A stretch of DNA of 63,055 nucleotides, the filler included, from Kipferlia bialata (Eukaryota): NCBI GenBank assembly GCA_003568945.1. It is 7 parts of 7 records of this genome, joined end to end, with 100 filler letters (N's around TTAATTAATTAA, not from the genome) between each part and the next. Parts side by side here need not be neighbours in the genome. Positions count along the whole stretch, not along the records: positions 30,776 to 40,927 come from BDIP01001488.1; positions 41,028 to 51,166 come from BDIP01001489.1; 5 more parts are not named here. One strand, written 5' to 3'. Positions within the stretch are counted from its first letter, which is position 1; every line of letters begins with the position of its first letter. The notes under the pieces were generated by a model. It searched no databases and was not told where the DNA came from. It saw only the letters and a program-made list of their open reading frames with translations. Shown one piece after another: positions 36,801-48,400 of the stretch. Made by a program: the position numbers and the translations under genes.

Positions 36801-39800
36801 CGTCCGTGTCAGGTATCTACCCTTGTCGCTCATCTGTCTGCTACGTTGTGGAAGAAGAAGTCCGACACCTTATCACTCAAAGTGTTTCCACATTTCTTTT
36901 CTCTGTATGTCCATTACTTACCCCTAGCTATTCAGCCCCGTGGCCACTCTGCCCCCTCAGAGTCTCTGGTGCAGGTGGGTCTGTTGTTGCTGGTGCTGTT
37001 CTTCTCTGTTATAAGTGTCAACCGTTCTCCATATATACCATTTGGCACACCATATATCATAGTTGTTCACCGCTTATGCCCAGCTCTGTACCTGCTCCCA
37101 GACAGTCTCTCTGACTCAGTCCGAGATGGACAGGGAGAGCCCTGCTGAGCGGCAGAGGCGGGAGGAGAGAGAAGTGGAGAGGGAGAGGGAGAAGCGTCAG
37201 CAGCGGAACAACACCGTAGAGCTGGCTGCATCTCGACGCCCTGTGCCCCTACCCAGTGTACAGGTGTGTACAGTGTATGTAGGTTCAGTCTAAGAGGAGT
37301 TTCTGAAACTGTATCTATTGTTCAGGGCCATATCCACCCTCTTAATCTCAGCTCTCCTGCCACGTGCGTGGAAGTGCCTCAGAGACCTGTGCCACGGATG
37401 TACCAACCGTCAGGGGGAGGACGGATATCCCTGGAAGGTGGGTAGAGTGTATGTATACAGTACGGAGTAAGCGTGTGAGTTTCATGAGTTGGTGATCTAC
37501 TCTACGTGTATATACTGATATTACCTCACCCTTGCACATTTCTGTGTTGGGCCCCCTCTCACCCTGCAGCACAGACGCTCTCGATTCCATCGACTCCATC
37601 CATGTGCGTGCCACACGGAATGGGACTGAGGAGGAGCAGAGTGCGAGTGAGGGTGAGGGTGAGGGTGAGGGAGTGGAGTCACGCCCCCCAGTATGTGAGG
37701 GAGACTCTGACACCTATATGGAGGAGACGGTCCTCGCCCTGCCGTCCCCTTCGTCGCTGGCCTACCTGTCTCTGTCCCTCCCTGTGTGCCCTTCCCTATC
37801 AGGATCTCTGCCTGTACCCCTACCCCTCAGCGTGGCGGTGGAGACAGGTGCGACCCAAGACTTACGGCATACTTACCCCTCCATCACCCTGCCCCTTTCA
37901 CCCTCCAGGTCCCTCCCTTGAGTCTCTGTCTTCAGTTCTACTGGCCACGCCTCTCCCAGCATTGGCCCCAGGTATGCGGTGTGTCTTCACTTTCCTTCCA
38001 GCACTCTGTCAGTAACAAGTGTCAGAAGTAACGCCGTACGTGGTGTCTCGAGCGATTAGACCTGTGTCTCACCTGCAGGGGATGCCCCCCTTGTGTCAGA
38101 CGCAGAGATGGAGAGAGAGCGACTCAGAGTGGAGAGGAGGGAGAGAGATAACCTTCAACGTGGTGGTGTGAGCGGGTGAGTGTTTCTCTCTGTATATTGG
38201 TTCTATTTCCTATTAGGATCCTACTTCCAATGAGTCTCTCATGCTAATGGGCAGGTTTGTCCTGAACGAGTCATTGACTGATATGAGTTCCCTCCTACCC
38301 GTGGGCAGGGAGAGAGAGAGAGAGAGAGACATAGTCATGCCTGTGAATGCTCTTGGGGCAGGGCACTCAGTTCGACAGGAGAGAGAGGACCGTGGGGAGT
38401 ACGGTTTGTCTCGTCCTTCCATGCCGATGTCCGCCCAGAACAGCCCAGGGGTGTCATTTAGACAGGTACGTGTTTACTGCATGAGTGGCATTTTAGTGGA
38501 GATAGAATTCACCTGTGTCTTTGTGATATCACTTTGTATATTCATATTGTCTTGAGAGTGAGTGCCCGTCACTGACCCAGCCGATGTCGCTGGGGGACTC
38601 GATGCTGGACGAGGGTAGGGACAGAGAGAGGGACACAACCTCATTCTACGGATCTAGAGAGAGGGAGAGAGAGAGAGACAGGCAGTCTACGGACAGCATG
38701 AGGGTACGGTGATATATATATTGTTGATGGACACGGCAGTCTCTGCATCTAGCATGTGAGGTGTTATCCTCTACTATTCACCCCAGGTTAGTGTTTGCAT
38801 CCCATTGAGTGCCAGCTATGACAGGAGTGTTACATTCAGGGGCACCCGTACGGTACCAGAGGAAGTCGTATCCGTAAGGTGTGATATCTCTTTTGGTGTC
38901 TCTTCCCCCCTTTCCTCACCCAGGGGTGCTGTCTCAGGCACATCCTCCCTCGGCAGACACAGACACAGTATAGAGGGGTCAGCCGACATAGAGAAGGTGG
39001 GGGTCAGGAACTGGGCATACGTACATATAACGAGTGATCTCTACCCAATTATGATACGTGTTCAACCATTGGTACAACTGTAAGTGGTCATTCAGTCTCG
39101 AGCCATTGCTCTCGAGTTGCATAGTCTCTATATATATATGTGTACTATCTGCAGGACTCTCACCTACAGGTCCAGCGTCTGGAGTCCGAGGTGGAGGCCC
39201 TCTGTGCATTCACTACCGAGCAGGTGGGTGTGTCGTCTGTCACGCTATAGGCTGGTGTCAAGGTGTCAGTGGAGTAGGGTGTTGTGTCAAGTGTGACCAT
39301 TATCGTGTACCTCTGTGTTTCCCGATATTTTCAATCATTATATGCTCGTCACTTCATAATAGTTGTATAGTCAACAGGTCTGACTGCAGGTGCAACGTCA
39401 GAGACAGTCCCCCAGGGAGAGGCAGGTAAGATGATTCACTACATCAGTGTATTTATCAATAATCTACATGTCTGCACTTTCAGCCTTGCCACTATTACAG
39501 ATTCCTCCCAGGTTTCCTTCGGCCATACTGTTCTGATGTTGATGTCTGTTCTACTCTTCTTATGTGCCAGGAAGAGGATACCAGGGGTTCTGTAGTGTAT
39601 CTGCAGGAAGACCCGCTGGTGTCTGTGGTCAAGGTGAGTACTTGTGGGTGTTTGTACAAGGAGATAGGCGTAGCCAGTATCATCAGACTCTGATACAATG
39701 GACGGGACTGTTAGCAAGCTGGTAGTTGCAGGGACGCCGTGGTTGGTATTATAGAGATATAATCCCCTCACCTCCAGGTTACCATCAAGTACCAGGCCTC

Positions 39801-40751
39801 TGCCTGTCCTGAGGCACACCCAGGCACAGATCATCACCCAGGACTCAAGGTGGGTATGAGGATACAGCCAGCCATGGTGTAGATAGACTATGCCACCCTT
39901 GCTGATGCCTTGTCTCATTGCCAGGCTACGCTGTATGGCTATCCCCTCTCCCACATGCACATTGTGACCGCCTCAGACGTTCTAGCCACTGAGGGAACCA
40001 AGCATGGGCTCTATCTGCCAGGTGGGCTTTGCCTTTGTATCACTTCCAGTCATTGCTATCATTGTCGTTGCTTGCGTCGGTGTCCGTGGCAATCGATGCG
40101 TATTCTACTATAGTCCACTCTACTCTCCCTCTGACTCCCAGCCAGAGTCTCAGTTGGTACTGGGTCATATGCGGATGGAGGTACATACGAAATGTAATAA
40201 GCGTTAATATGTCTGAGTATGACTTGGTACTCGTAACTTGACGGTTTCATGTTCACTATATGTCTATATTCACTATCAATATGGAGAGTTGAATATTAAT
40301 TACAATTTGTGGTCTTTCATGTTTCCGTGTCATACCAACCATCTCTCACTGTAGGTATAGACCGTGACGCTGACATGACATCCCTGTACCTGAGTGCCAT
40401 TCTGTCCAGACAGAGGAAGCAGAGAGAGAGAGAGGCAGAGGGAGAGGCGACCGACAGAGACCTCCACTCTACCAGACTCAGCGGGAGGGGGGGGAGGGCC
40501 AAGTACCCTTCTACACCAGGTAGTAGTGTCGTACACTGTGTGCTAGATGTAGTTGTATGTGTGGTTGTGTATATGTCTCCTCGCACCTGCCTCTGACCCC
40601 AGGTGGGGAGTCCGGTGTGTCTACCCTCCCCCCCAGGTCATCACGGCACAAGGCCCAGCCCCATACACATACACCCCATACACATACACCCCACACCAAC
40701 AGGAGGGGGATGCCGGTGTCTCTGCCCGTGTCATCACCCTCGCCAGCACAG
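30862..40751 (+). CDS. large multi-exon hypothetical protein (possibly more than one gene); boundaries approximate
   Basis: Alternating GC-rich exon-like blocks and GT-AG introns on + across the whole contig (e.g. QYLCHLKIFLESYAHSLYFCETLDL; DMTSLYLSAILSRQRKQRE). No family recognised. Confidence 0.45.
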
Positions 40752-40876
40752 GTATGTATATATGAGTATATGTATGCATGTATGCGTATGAGTATGTGGA
40801 AGCAATGGGACGTGGTATGCAAGGGACAATCATGTACCATTGAATCCAGCTCTGCTGTATCTCTTTAGCTTCACCG

Positions 40877-40927
<51 letters not shown>

Positions 40928-41027
40928 NNNNNNNNNNNNNNNNNNNNNNNNNNNNNNNNNNNNNNNNNNNNTTAATTAATTAANNNNNNNNNNNNNNNNN
41001 NNNNNNNNNNNNNNNNNNNNNNNNNNN

Positions 41028-41078
<51 letters not shown>

Positions 41079-41099
41079 ACAGGGCACGGGGGAGGGCAT

Positions 41100-41500
41100 C
41101 GATTCTCCCTGTCAAAGTGCTTGATACAGACAATGGCAAGGTCAGATACTATATATATTAACAACAATATATATATATATACTATATAAGTATATACTAT
41201 ATATATATATACATATATACCTTGTACATCTCCCTGTCAAAGTGCTTGATACAGACAATGGCAAGGTCAGATAGTATATATACTACACATACTACATATA
41301 TATATATACATATATATATATACCTTGTACTGCTCCCTGTCAAAGTGCTTGATACAGACAATGGCAAGGTCAGATACCATATATACTACATATGTACTAC
41401 ACATACTATATATATATATATATACTATATGTATATATATATACCTTGTACATCTCCCTGTCAAAGTGCTTGATACACACAATGGCAAGGTCGGTGTGGG
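41100..41500 (-). repeat. exon-echo array: three donor-side copies of the pflA exon end (GACCTTGCCATTGT.TGTATCAAGCACTTTGACAGGGAG..GTACAAG|GT)
   Basis: Copies at ~41323-41375, 41219-41272 and 41104-41148, downstream of the true exon on the minus strand. Confidence 0.9.
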
Positions 41501-43003
41501 GCAGGATGACACGCTCGGCACGCTTCGGTCCTACTGTCAGACACAATATAATATACATATACATACATACACAAGGGGTCCTGGCATAATAGTGCATCAC
41601 ATTATGTAGATTATACTATAGTAACTGTATCTGCAATACTACATATATACATATCATACATGCATATATCACGTACCGATACCAGAGGAGCAGAGGCATG
41701 TGGTGAGGCCAAGGTCGTGGGTGCGCTAGGGTGAGAGAGAGGTAAAGCGACACTGACACAATACTACCCATGTATATATACATTCATATACATACCTGGA
41801 ATATGTTTGCCACAAACACTGACTGCACAGATGGGTCACAAGATACGTATACAATAATGATATCTACCTATATATACTAGAGATTTTTGTGTATATATAC
41901 TGTCTATATACATATGCTATGTACTGGTATAAGTGTACCTGGAATATGTTTGCCACAAACTCTGGCTGCACAGATGGGTCACCACCGGAGATGGAGACAC
42001 CGCCGCCCCTGATATAAGGATATCAAAATGGTAATTGAATATATATATAGAGAGCATACCTAGACTTTCGCCAGGCCTTCTTACTGAATGAATGGCAATA
42101 ATAATAAAGATATATACATTGTATATGTACACACATACCTGGGCTTGAGCCAGGCCTTCTTGCGGGAGATCTTGGACATCAGGGAGTCGACTGGGGTGAG
42201 GACGGTCACAATATAGAGTGTATACATACATATACATGCACAAACACACACATATATATAGTTGGGAGACCTTGGACATCAGGGAGTCGACTGGGGGTGA
42301 GTGCCAATACAATGAACTTAGAATATGACACGTTGGACTTCGAGATCTCTCTGTCTCTCTGTCTCCCTCTCTATATATATACATCATCTATATATATACA
42401 TCATCTATTCATATATCCCAACCTATTATGGATGACCCCACATTGCTCTGCCATCTCTCTCTCTATATATATAAGAATACATTATATATACACTTTATAA
42501 CTTAACAAATATGTGTATATGTATATACCTGTCATGGATGGCCCCACATTGCACTTCCAGGTGTCTGGGTTGGAGCAGAACATGCACTTGAGGTTGCATC
42601 CCTTATGGTTAGATACTATATGAATTATAAATAACAATAGTGTAACATTATAGTGTATATATACACTTCTCCTAGAATATATATGTGTCTGGGTTGGAGC
42701 AGAACATGCACTTGAGGTTGCAGCCCTAGGAATTAGATAATACTATTGACACATACATAGAGTGTATATACATTGATGGGTCAGTTAGTATATGTATATA
42801 GAGTATATACATATATATATTATATTATACCTGCAAGAAGATCTGACAGTTTGGTCTGGTGTCTTCCAGGTCTATCTATATTCAAGTATTTAATGTATAC
42901 ATATAGTATATACCTGCAGGAATATGAGGTATCTCATGCCGGGTCCGTCCAGCATGGTCATGGACTCCTCAGAGTGCACAAAGCCCCTGGCGCCAACCTT
43001 AAC
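41445..43003 (-). CDS. pflA: pyruvate formate-lyase activating enzyme (radical SAM), multi-exon, partial
   Basis: Exons give GFVHSEESMTMLDGPGMRYLIFLQ|GCNLKCMFCSNPDTW (CxxxCxxC)...GGVSISGGDP..QPEFV...GLTTCLCSSG...LPHTDLAIVCIKHFD. DGPG.R...F.QGC is the PflA signature. Confidence 0.9.
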
Positions 43004-43232
43004 CTAGATATTAGACATATCATATTTGATATATAGTATGGGGAGAGAAAGAGAGAGATGAAATAGGTGACAAAGCCTCTGGCCAGTCTTGACCTAGGCA
43101 TAAGAAGGGGAGAGAGAGAGATAAAGAGAGAGATACTGAGTTGGATCTGCTCAAAGGAAATAGAGGTAAGTCTGTAGGGAACTGGGGAAGGCGGGGGGGG
43201 GGGGGGGGGGAGAGGGGGGGGGGGGGGGGGGT

Positions 43233-43264
<32 letters not shown>

Positions 43265-43383
43265 CTGGGGGAGAGGAAAGGTCCTTCCGAAGGAGCACGG
43301 AACGGTGCATATATTCACCGAACTTTACGCAGGAATATGCTCCATGTATAATAACACAATGCGTGTAGGACATGCATTCATAC

Positions 43384-43677
43384 CTTCATTTCCTCCCCAT
43401 CCACGCCCTCCTGACACAGACAGCTGAACATAGCAAGGGAGGGCGACGCTAGTGCCTCCTCTGCACTGTGAATCTTATGCAGCGTACCCCCGGGCTTCTC
43501 TAGGAAGGGGGAGGTACCTGTCGTATTCCAGTATGCCGCAACCACATGTGCCGCAAACTCCCCCAACACATCCATCATACACTGCGTGTAGTCAGTTCCT
43601 GACTTGACTTGAGAGCGGGGTAGGGGAGAAGTGCGGCTAAGTGTTTCAGCCGGGGGCTCATATGGCTGAGTGCTCAT
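43384..43677 (-). CDS. probable first exon of an unidentified gene (MSTQPYEPP...GEEMK|GT), separated from the pflA exons by a poly-G tract
   Basis: ATG-initiated open frame ending at a GTATGA donor. No similarity to PflA recognised. Confidence 0.4.
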
Positions 43678-44022
43678 CCCCAAGATTCTGAGTAGAAAGG
43701 TGGCCTCTGTATATATACATATGGCCCATCGAGTCAAACCTTTAGGTCGAATAGTATCGTTGGGTGTCAAAATTGGTCAACAACACCCATACCACTCTCT
43801 ACAACACAGTCTCAGTTGACCGAACCAGTGAGGCTTGTGGTGTGCATGTCGTCAGAGACAGACACCTCATATATATACACAAGAGGTCAACAAGATACAT
43901 AGCTGGGTTATATATTTGTTGATTGCGAGCCAGTGAATGGATGAGTCTGTATATTATGCATTTCGTATGCCTCTATTGGGTTGGACGCGTTCAATCTCAT
44001 TCAGTAGTCCATTCATTAGAGT

Positions 44023-45093
44023 CTAACTCAGTAAATAACTGTCGAAGCCTTCGACGAAGGTTGGCTCAATATCGACTAGGAAGAAGTGTGACAGCCCGAA
44101 CCTTATGAGAGTGTACTCAGCACTGAGCCGACATGCTCCCCCCCAATTAGATACACAACCTGGGTCAACATCGCCCCACGTCTGCCACTCGCCAGATATA
44201 GTGTCAAGAGCTCTGACAGCTTTTAGTTGTTCCCGTGCTATAGGAATCAGGGTAACCAGATAGTAGTCTAGCGCGAATGCAATACAGGTGCTTTCAGACG
44301 GTGCTTCCATCTCCCAATAAGCATGCAGTAGGGATTGATAAGGGGTGTGTGTGTTGGAGGCTGATGCTCTGTGGAGAGCCAGGTGAACGAGACCGACCCC
44401 GTCTTCTGGTGGTGACAAGGAAGAGCTAGAGCTGGCGTCACCCTGTATATGTGGCACACCGGCCACGGTTATGTGATAGTAAGGCTCATAGAACGCCACC
44501 GGAACTGCCTGAGGAAGGCCTTGGAGCCGGTACCACACCCCCAGGTCTGGGTCATATGCCCACACAGATGAGAGGTCTTTCCCTGAGCTGTCGCACCCTC
44601 CAGCTACCACCAGCTGGCCCTCTACCTCGAATGCCGTGTGCATCCACCTGCCCTCTGGCCACTCCTGAGCATCAGCAGCAGGCACCACACGCCACTCCCT
44701 GGTGGCTATGTCAAAGATGCACAGCTCTGCCATTTGCGAGTCTAGCTGACCTTCCGGCTCCCTCTCCCTATCTCTGCTGGGTACAACACCCTTCCCACCA
44801 AACATGAAGACCTCTCCCCCAATCTTTGTCACTGTTGGGTATGTCTTTCGTACCTGACTCTCCAAAACGTTGTAGCGAAGTATTCGGTCACTGGTATCTA
44901 CAGTGATTATCATGGAAGGTGACTCGGGGTAACCAAGGTAAGACCGTCCCCTGGGTGCTATGTACAGCACTTCATTGTGGCCAATGCATACCATGGCGCC
45001 ACTGAAGCCCACAGGTCGACGTCCATATGGGCTGGGACCATCCATAGGGTCCGACGACAGAGGCTGACAGCGAAGGTGAGGTGGGGAATTCAT
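44023..45093 (-). CDS. intronless Kelch-repeat (beta-propeller) protein
   Basis: Uninterrupted ORF with Kelch motifs VTKIGGEVFMFGG, IFDIATREW, WPEGRWMHTAFEVEGQLVVAGG and VWAYDPDLGVW. Start codon uncertain. Confidence 0.8.
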   Translation of the reverse strand: MNSPPHLRCQPLSSDPMDGPSPYGRRPVGFSGAMVCIGHNEVLYIAPRGRSYLGYPESPSMIITVDTSDRILRYNVLESQVRKTYPTVTKIGGEVFMFGGKGVVPSRDREREPEGQLDSQMAELCIFDIATREWRVVPAADAQEWPEGRWMHTAFEVEGQLVVAGGCDSSGKDLSSVWAYDPDLGVWYRLQGLPQAVPVAFYEPYYHITVAGVPHIQGDASSSSSLSPPEDGVGLVHLALHRASASNTHTPYQSLLHAYWEMEAPSESTCIAFALDYYLVTLIPIAREQLKAVRALDTISGEWQTWGDVDPGCVSNWGGACRLSAEYTLIRFGLSHFFLVDIEPTFVEGFDSYLLS

Positions 45094-45487
45094 TGGTAGA
45101 GAGAAGAGTAACATCAGGGCAAAGGCGTGATAGAGAGGAAAGACACCATCTCTCTGTAACACAGTTACTAAGTTAGTAATACCAGAAGAGTAGTCTGTTC
45201 GTGGCGAGGTCTTCTCTTGTCAGAGGAACCATATCTCGGCATTGGAAGGAAGATCCAATGACCCTTTGGCAAGGACCCACAAAGGTTTGAAGAAGGACAA
45301 TGAATACTTCTATAACCCGCTTGATGGAGGTAACCGATCCAACTATAATGTCGAACAATGAAAATGAATAGGCTGACTTTACAGTGAAGTTCATACACGG
45401 TCTATTGTGCTTCTGTGGCACTAACACAAACTATTCACCTATCGCTACACGTACTCTCCCTGGGATATATCCACACAACCCAACACC

Positions 45488-48400
45488 TCACTCTGTCTTT
45501 GGCGTCTCCTCTGCCTTCCCCTCCGTGACTGCCGCCACTGCCTCCTCCAGCACCCTCTCTATGGCGGCCTCCTCAGGGGTGGGGGGACTCAGGGTGGGGG
45601 TGACGGGGCTGGCACCAGCTGCTACAGTGGCGGTGGCCTCCTTAGAGGGTGTGGTCACCCTCCCAGACTGCACCGCACTGGGAACGGCCTTGCCAGTCGG
45701 GGAGTTGGGGGCAGACAGACGGGATGCAATCATCTCGTTCAGCTCCTCAAGACCAAGCCTGACAGTGAGACACACTATGTAAAGAGTAATAATATACCAT
45801 ATATTCAATGTACGTACCTAGCAGCAATGGCGGATGGCCTAGGTGACTTGAGCCCGTCCATCCTCTGGGTAGAGGCAGAGGGGGCCAGACCACCACCCCC
45901 GCTGTTCCTGCTCCTCTGCTGTGCCCTGGAGTGCAGTCTGCTCTGCCTCAGGGACTCGCGGCACTCCTTGTACTTGACTAGAAGCTCCTCGTAGTCCTAA
46001 AGTCAGAGGAGGATGACAGTATAGTAATATATATAAACATATATATGTGTATATGTATACATACCTTGGTGATCCTGTTTGCCTGTGCCTCCAGCCTGTC
46101 GTATCTCTCTCTCTCGATGGCCTTGGCCTGGGGGGTCAGAGGGATATATATCCAATACATAATTACTATTAGATTAATACTTAGCGATTGTTGTCATAGA
46201 AATGGCTATACTATCCAGCCCCTCCCACCTTGTTGATGCTGATCTTTGCCTTGTACTGCAGTCTGTTCCTCAGCTCTGCATTGGCGTTGGGGTCAGAGGC
46301 CTTGGCAGCAGCGTGGTTCTCGACAACACGCACCCTGGAGTGAGTACTAGCAAAAATCCACTGACTCAAACACCCACAAACAAAGAGAGAGAGAGAGAGA
46401 GAAGATAGCACGAACGTACCTATCCTTGAGCTGTCTGATCTCAGTTGTATATAGGTAGAGTATATACAATATAGTATTCACAGCTCTGTCTGCCTGTACC
46501 TATCCTTGAGCTGTCTGATCTCGGCTGTGAGGGATGCGTTCCTCTTCCCAAGTGACACAATGTCCCTCTCCCTCTGCCCCAGGGTGTCCTTGACATTGCC
46601 CAGCTCAGCCCTGGCAGTCTTCAGGGCAGACGCCATCCTGGGGTTAAGTAGGATAAGACACCATATACATGTGTGTATATATATGAGTAGTAATAACATG
46701 TGTATATATATATTAGTACTCGGCTATAACCCACTGGCAGAAACCACTTTGGGGGTCAGCCAGAAATAGTTCGCACAACACAACGACTCCCACCTGTCTG
46801 TGTGTGCCTGCCTGGCCTCTGTCTGCTTGGTCAGACGCATGGCCTGGGCCTGGGGGTGAGGGGATGTAAACATATAGACATGTAATATATAGAGAACACA
46901 TCATTATCGCCATACACCGACAGTAAAAATAGTGGTCATATATTATAGGGCCTAATGGGAAAGAGACTCATAGTGGAGAGAAGTTATGAGGATCATTCGG
47001 TACCTTAGCGTGTGCCGAGTCCTCCCTGGCCTTCTTGCAGGCTGCCTTGAGGTCTGAGTTGTCAGACACCAGCTTGTCCCCCCTTCTCTCCAGGTCGGCC
47101 AGTCTCTGCCGGCACTCCCTCAGGGAGACGTGCATCGACTGGGGTCAGGGTATATACACAGTGAGAATACGAGTGTAATCCATTCTCATCACTATACCTG
47201 AGCCTTTGCCCTGCCCTCTGCCAGTGCTGCCTTGAGAGTGGATGTCTCAGAGGCATTGAGGGTCAGCCTCTTCTCGGCGTCCTGGGAGTGGGACGGTGAA
47301 CATGACACACACGATGTCTTCACATTACTACAACTGAATGTGTCTTGGCATGTATATCATCTGCGTGTGTGTAATACTACATATTGGCTGTATCCTACCT
47401 GTAGCTGTGTCTGTGCGTGTGTCACCAATATATAGGTATCTATCAGTGTGGTATCTATCTATCTATACACAAATATACACCATTCTGTACCTGCAGCTGT
47501 GTCTGTGCGTGTGCCATCTGGATACGGGTGTTGTCCTCTCTCCTCTTGGCCTCCACAAGCTGAGGGTGAGATATCCATAAATGCAAATATATATATATGT
47601 GTATTTATACATACACACATGCATCCCCCCACCTGCTGCCTGAGTGCTGCTGTCTCCCCCACCAGCTGGTCCTTGACCCTCTCCTTCTGCTGCCTGGTGC
47701 CAGATGCACTCTGGATCCTGGGGTGAGGGGTGATATAATACACTCATATACAAACACATATATATATATATATATATACATGAGGCACTCTGGATCCTGG
47801 GGTGAGGGGTATGGATGTATATGCACTTCATGTCAATACTATGTGGTACATCTGATATGTCAATACCTAGCCTCTGCCTTCCTCTATATCAACAAGTAGG
47901 TATATGTATATATATGCATGTAATACATGTATATATACATTGTCTCACATACCTAGCCTCTGCCTTCCTCCTCTCGCTGGCTGTGCCTGCCAGGTCAGAT
48001 GTGGCATGGCGCAGGTTGGCCTGCAGACTCCTGTTCTGCTGCCTGGGGGGTTAGATACACATACACATACAGAGACTATATGTATTATTTATATCTATAA
48101 TTGTTAAATAACTCACCTGAGCCCTGTGATCTCCCTGGCATGCTTCTCCTTGAGAGAGGCCACGGCCTCGGCCAGGGCCTTCATCTCTACCTCAGCCTCC
48201 TGGGGGTTGGGGTATATATATATATATATATATACATATATATAATCACATGTACATAGTACTATATATTGAATACACCCCATACCTGCTGCCCCCTCTC
48301 TGACCCTGCCTTGAGTCTGTTGCACTCGGCCACAGCAGCATTCATCTGGGGGTTAAGTAGGGATAGGGACACATTCATGGGATAATGTACATATACTAAT

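Noticed and set aside
41100..41500. CRISPR array (repeat-spacer appearance of echo arrays)
   Set aside because: The repeats are exon ends of the host gene, spacers are microsatellite-rich intron DNA, there are no cas genes, and the context is eukaryotic.
19597..43003. Functional Fe-S gene cluster (iscU, DNA2, pflA)
   Set aside because: The genes lie on different contigs that are adjacent only because of length sorting.
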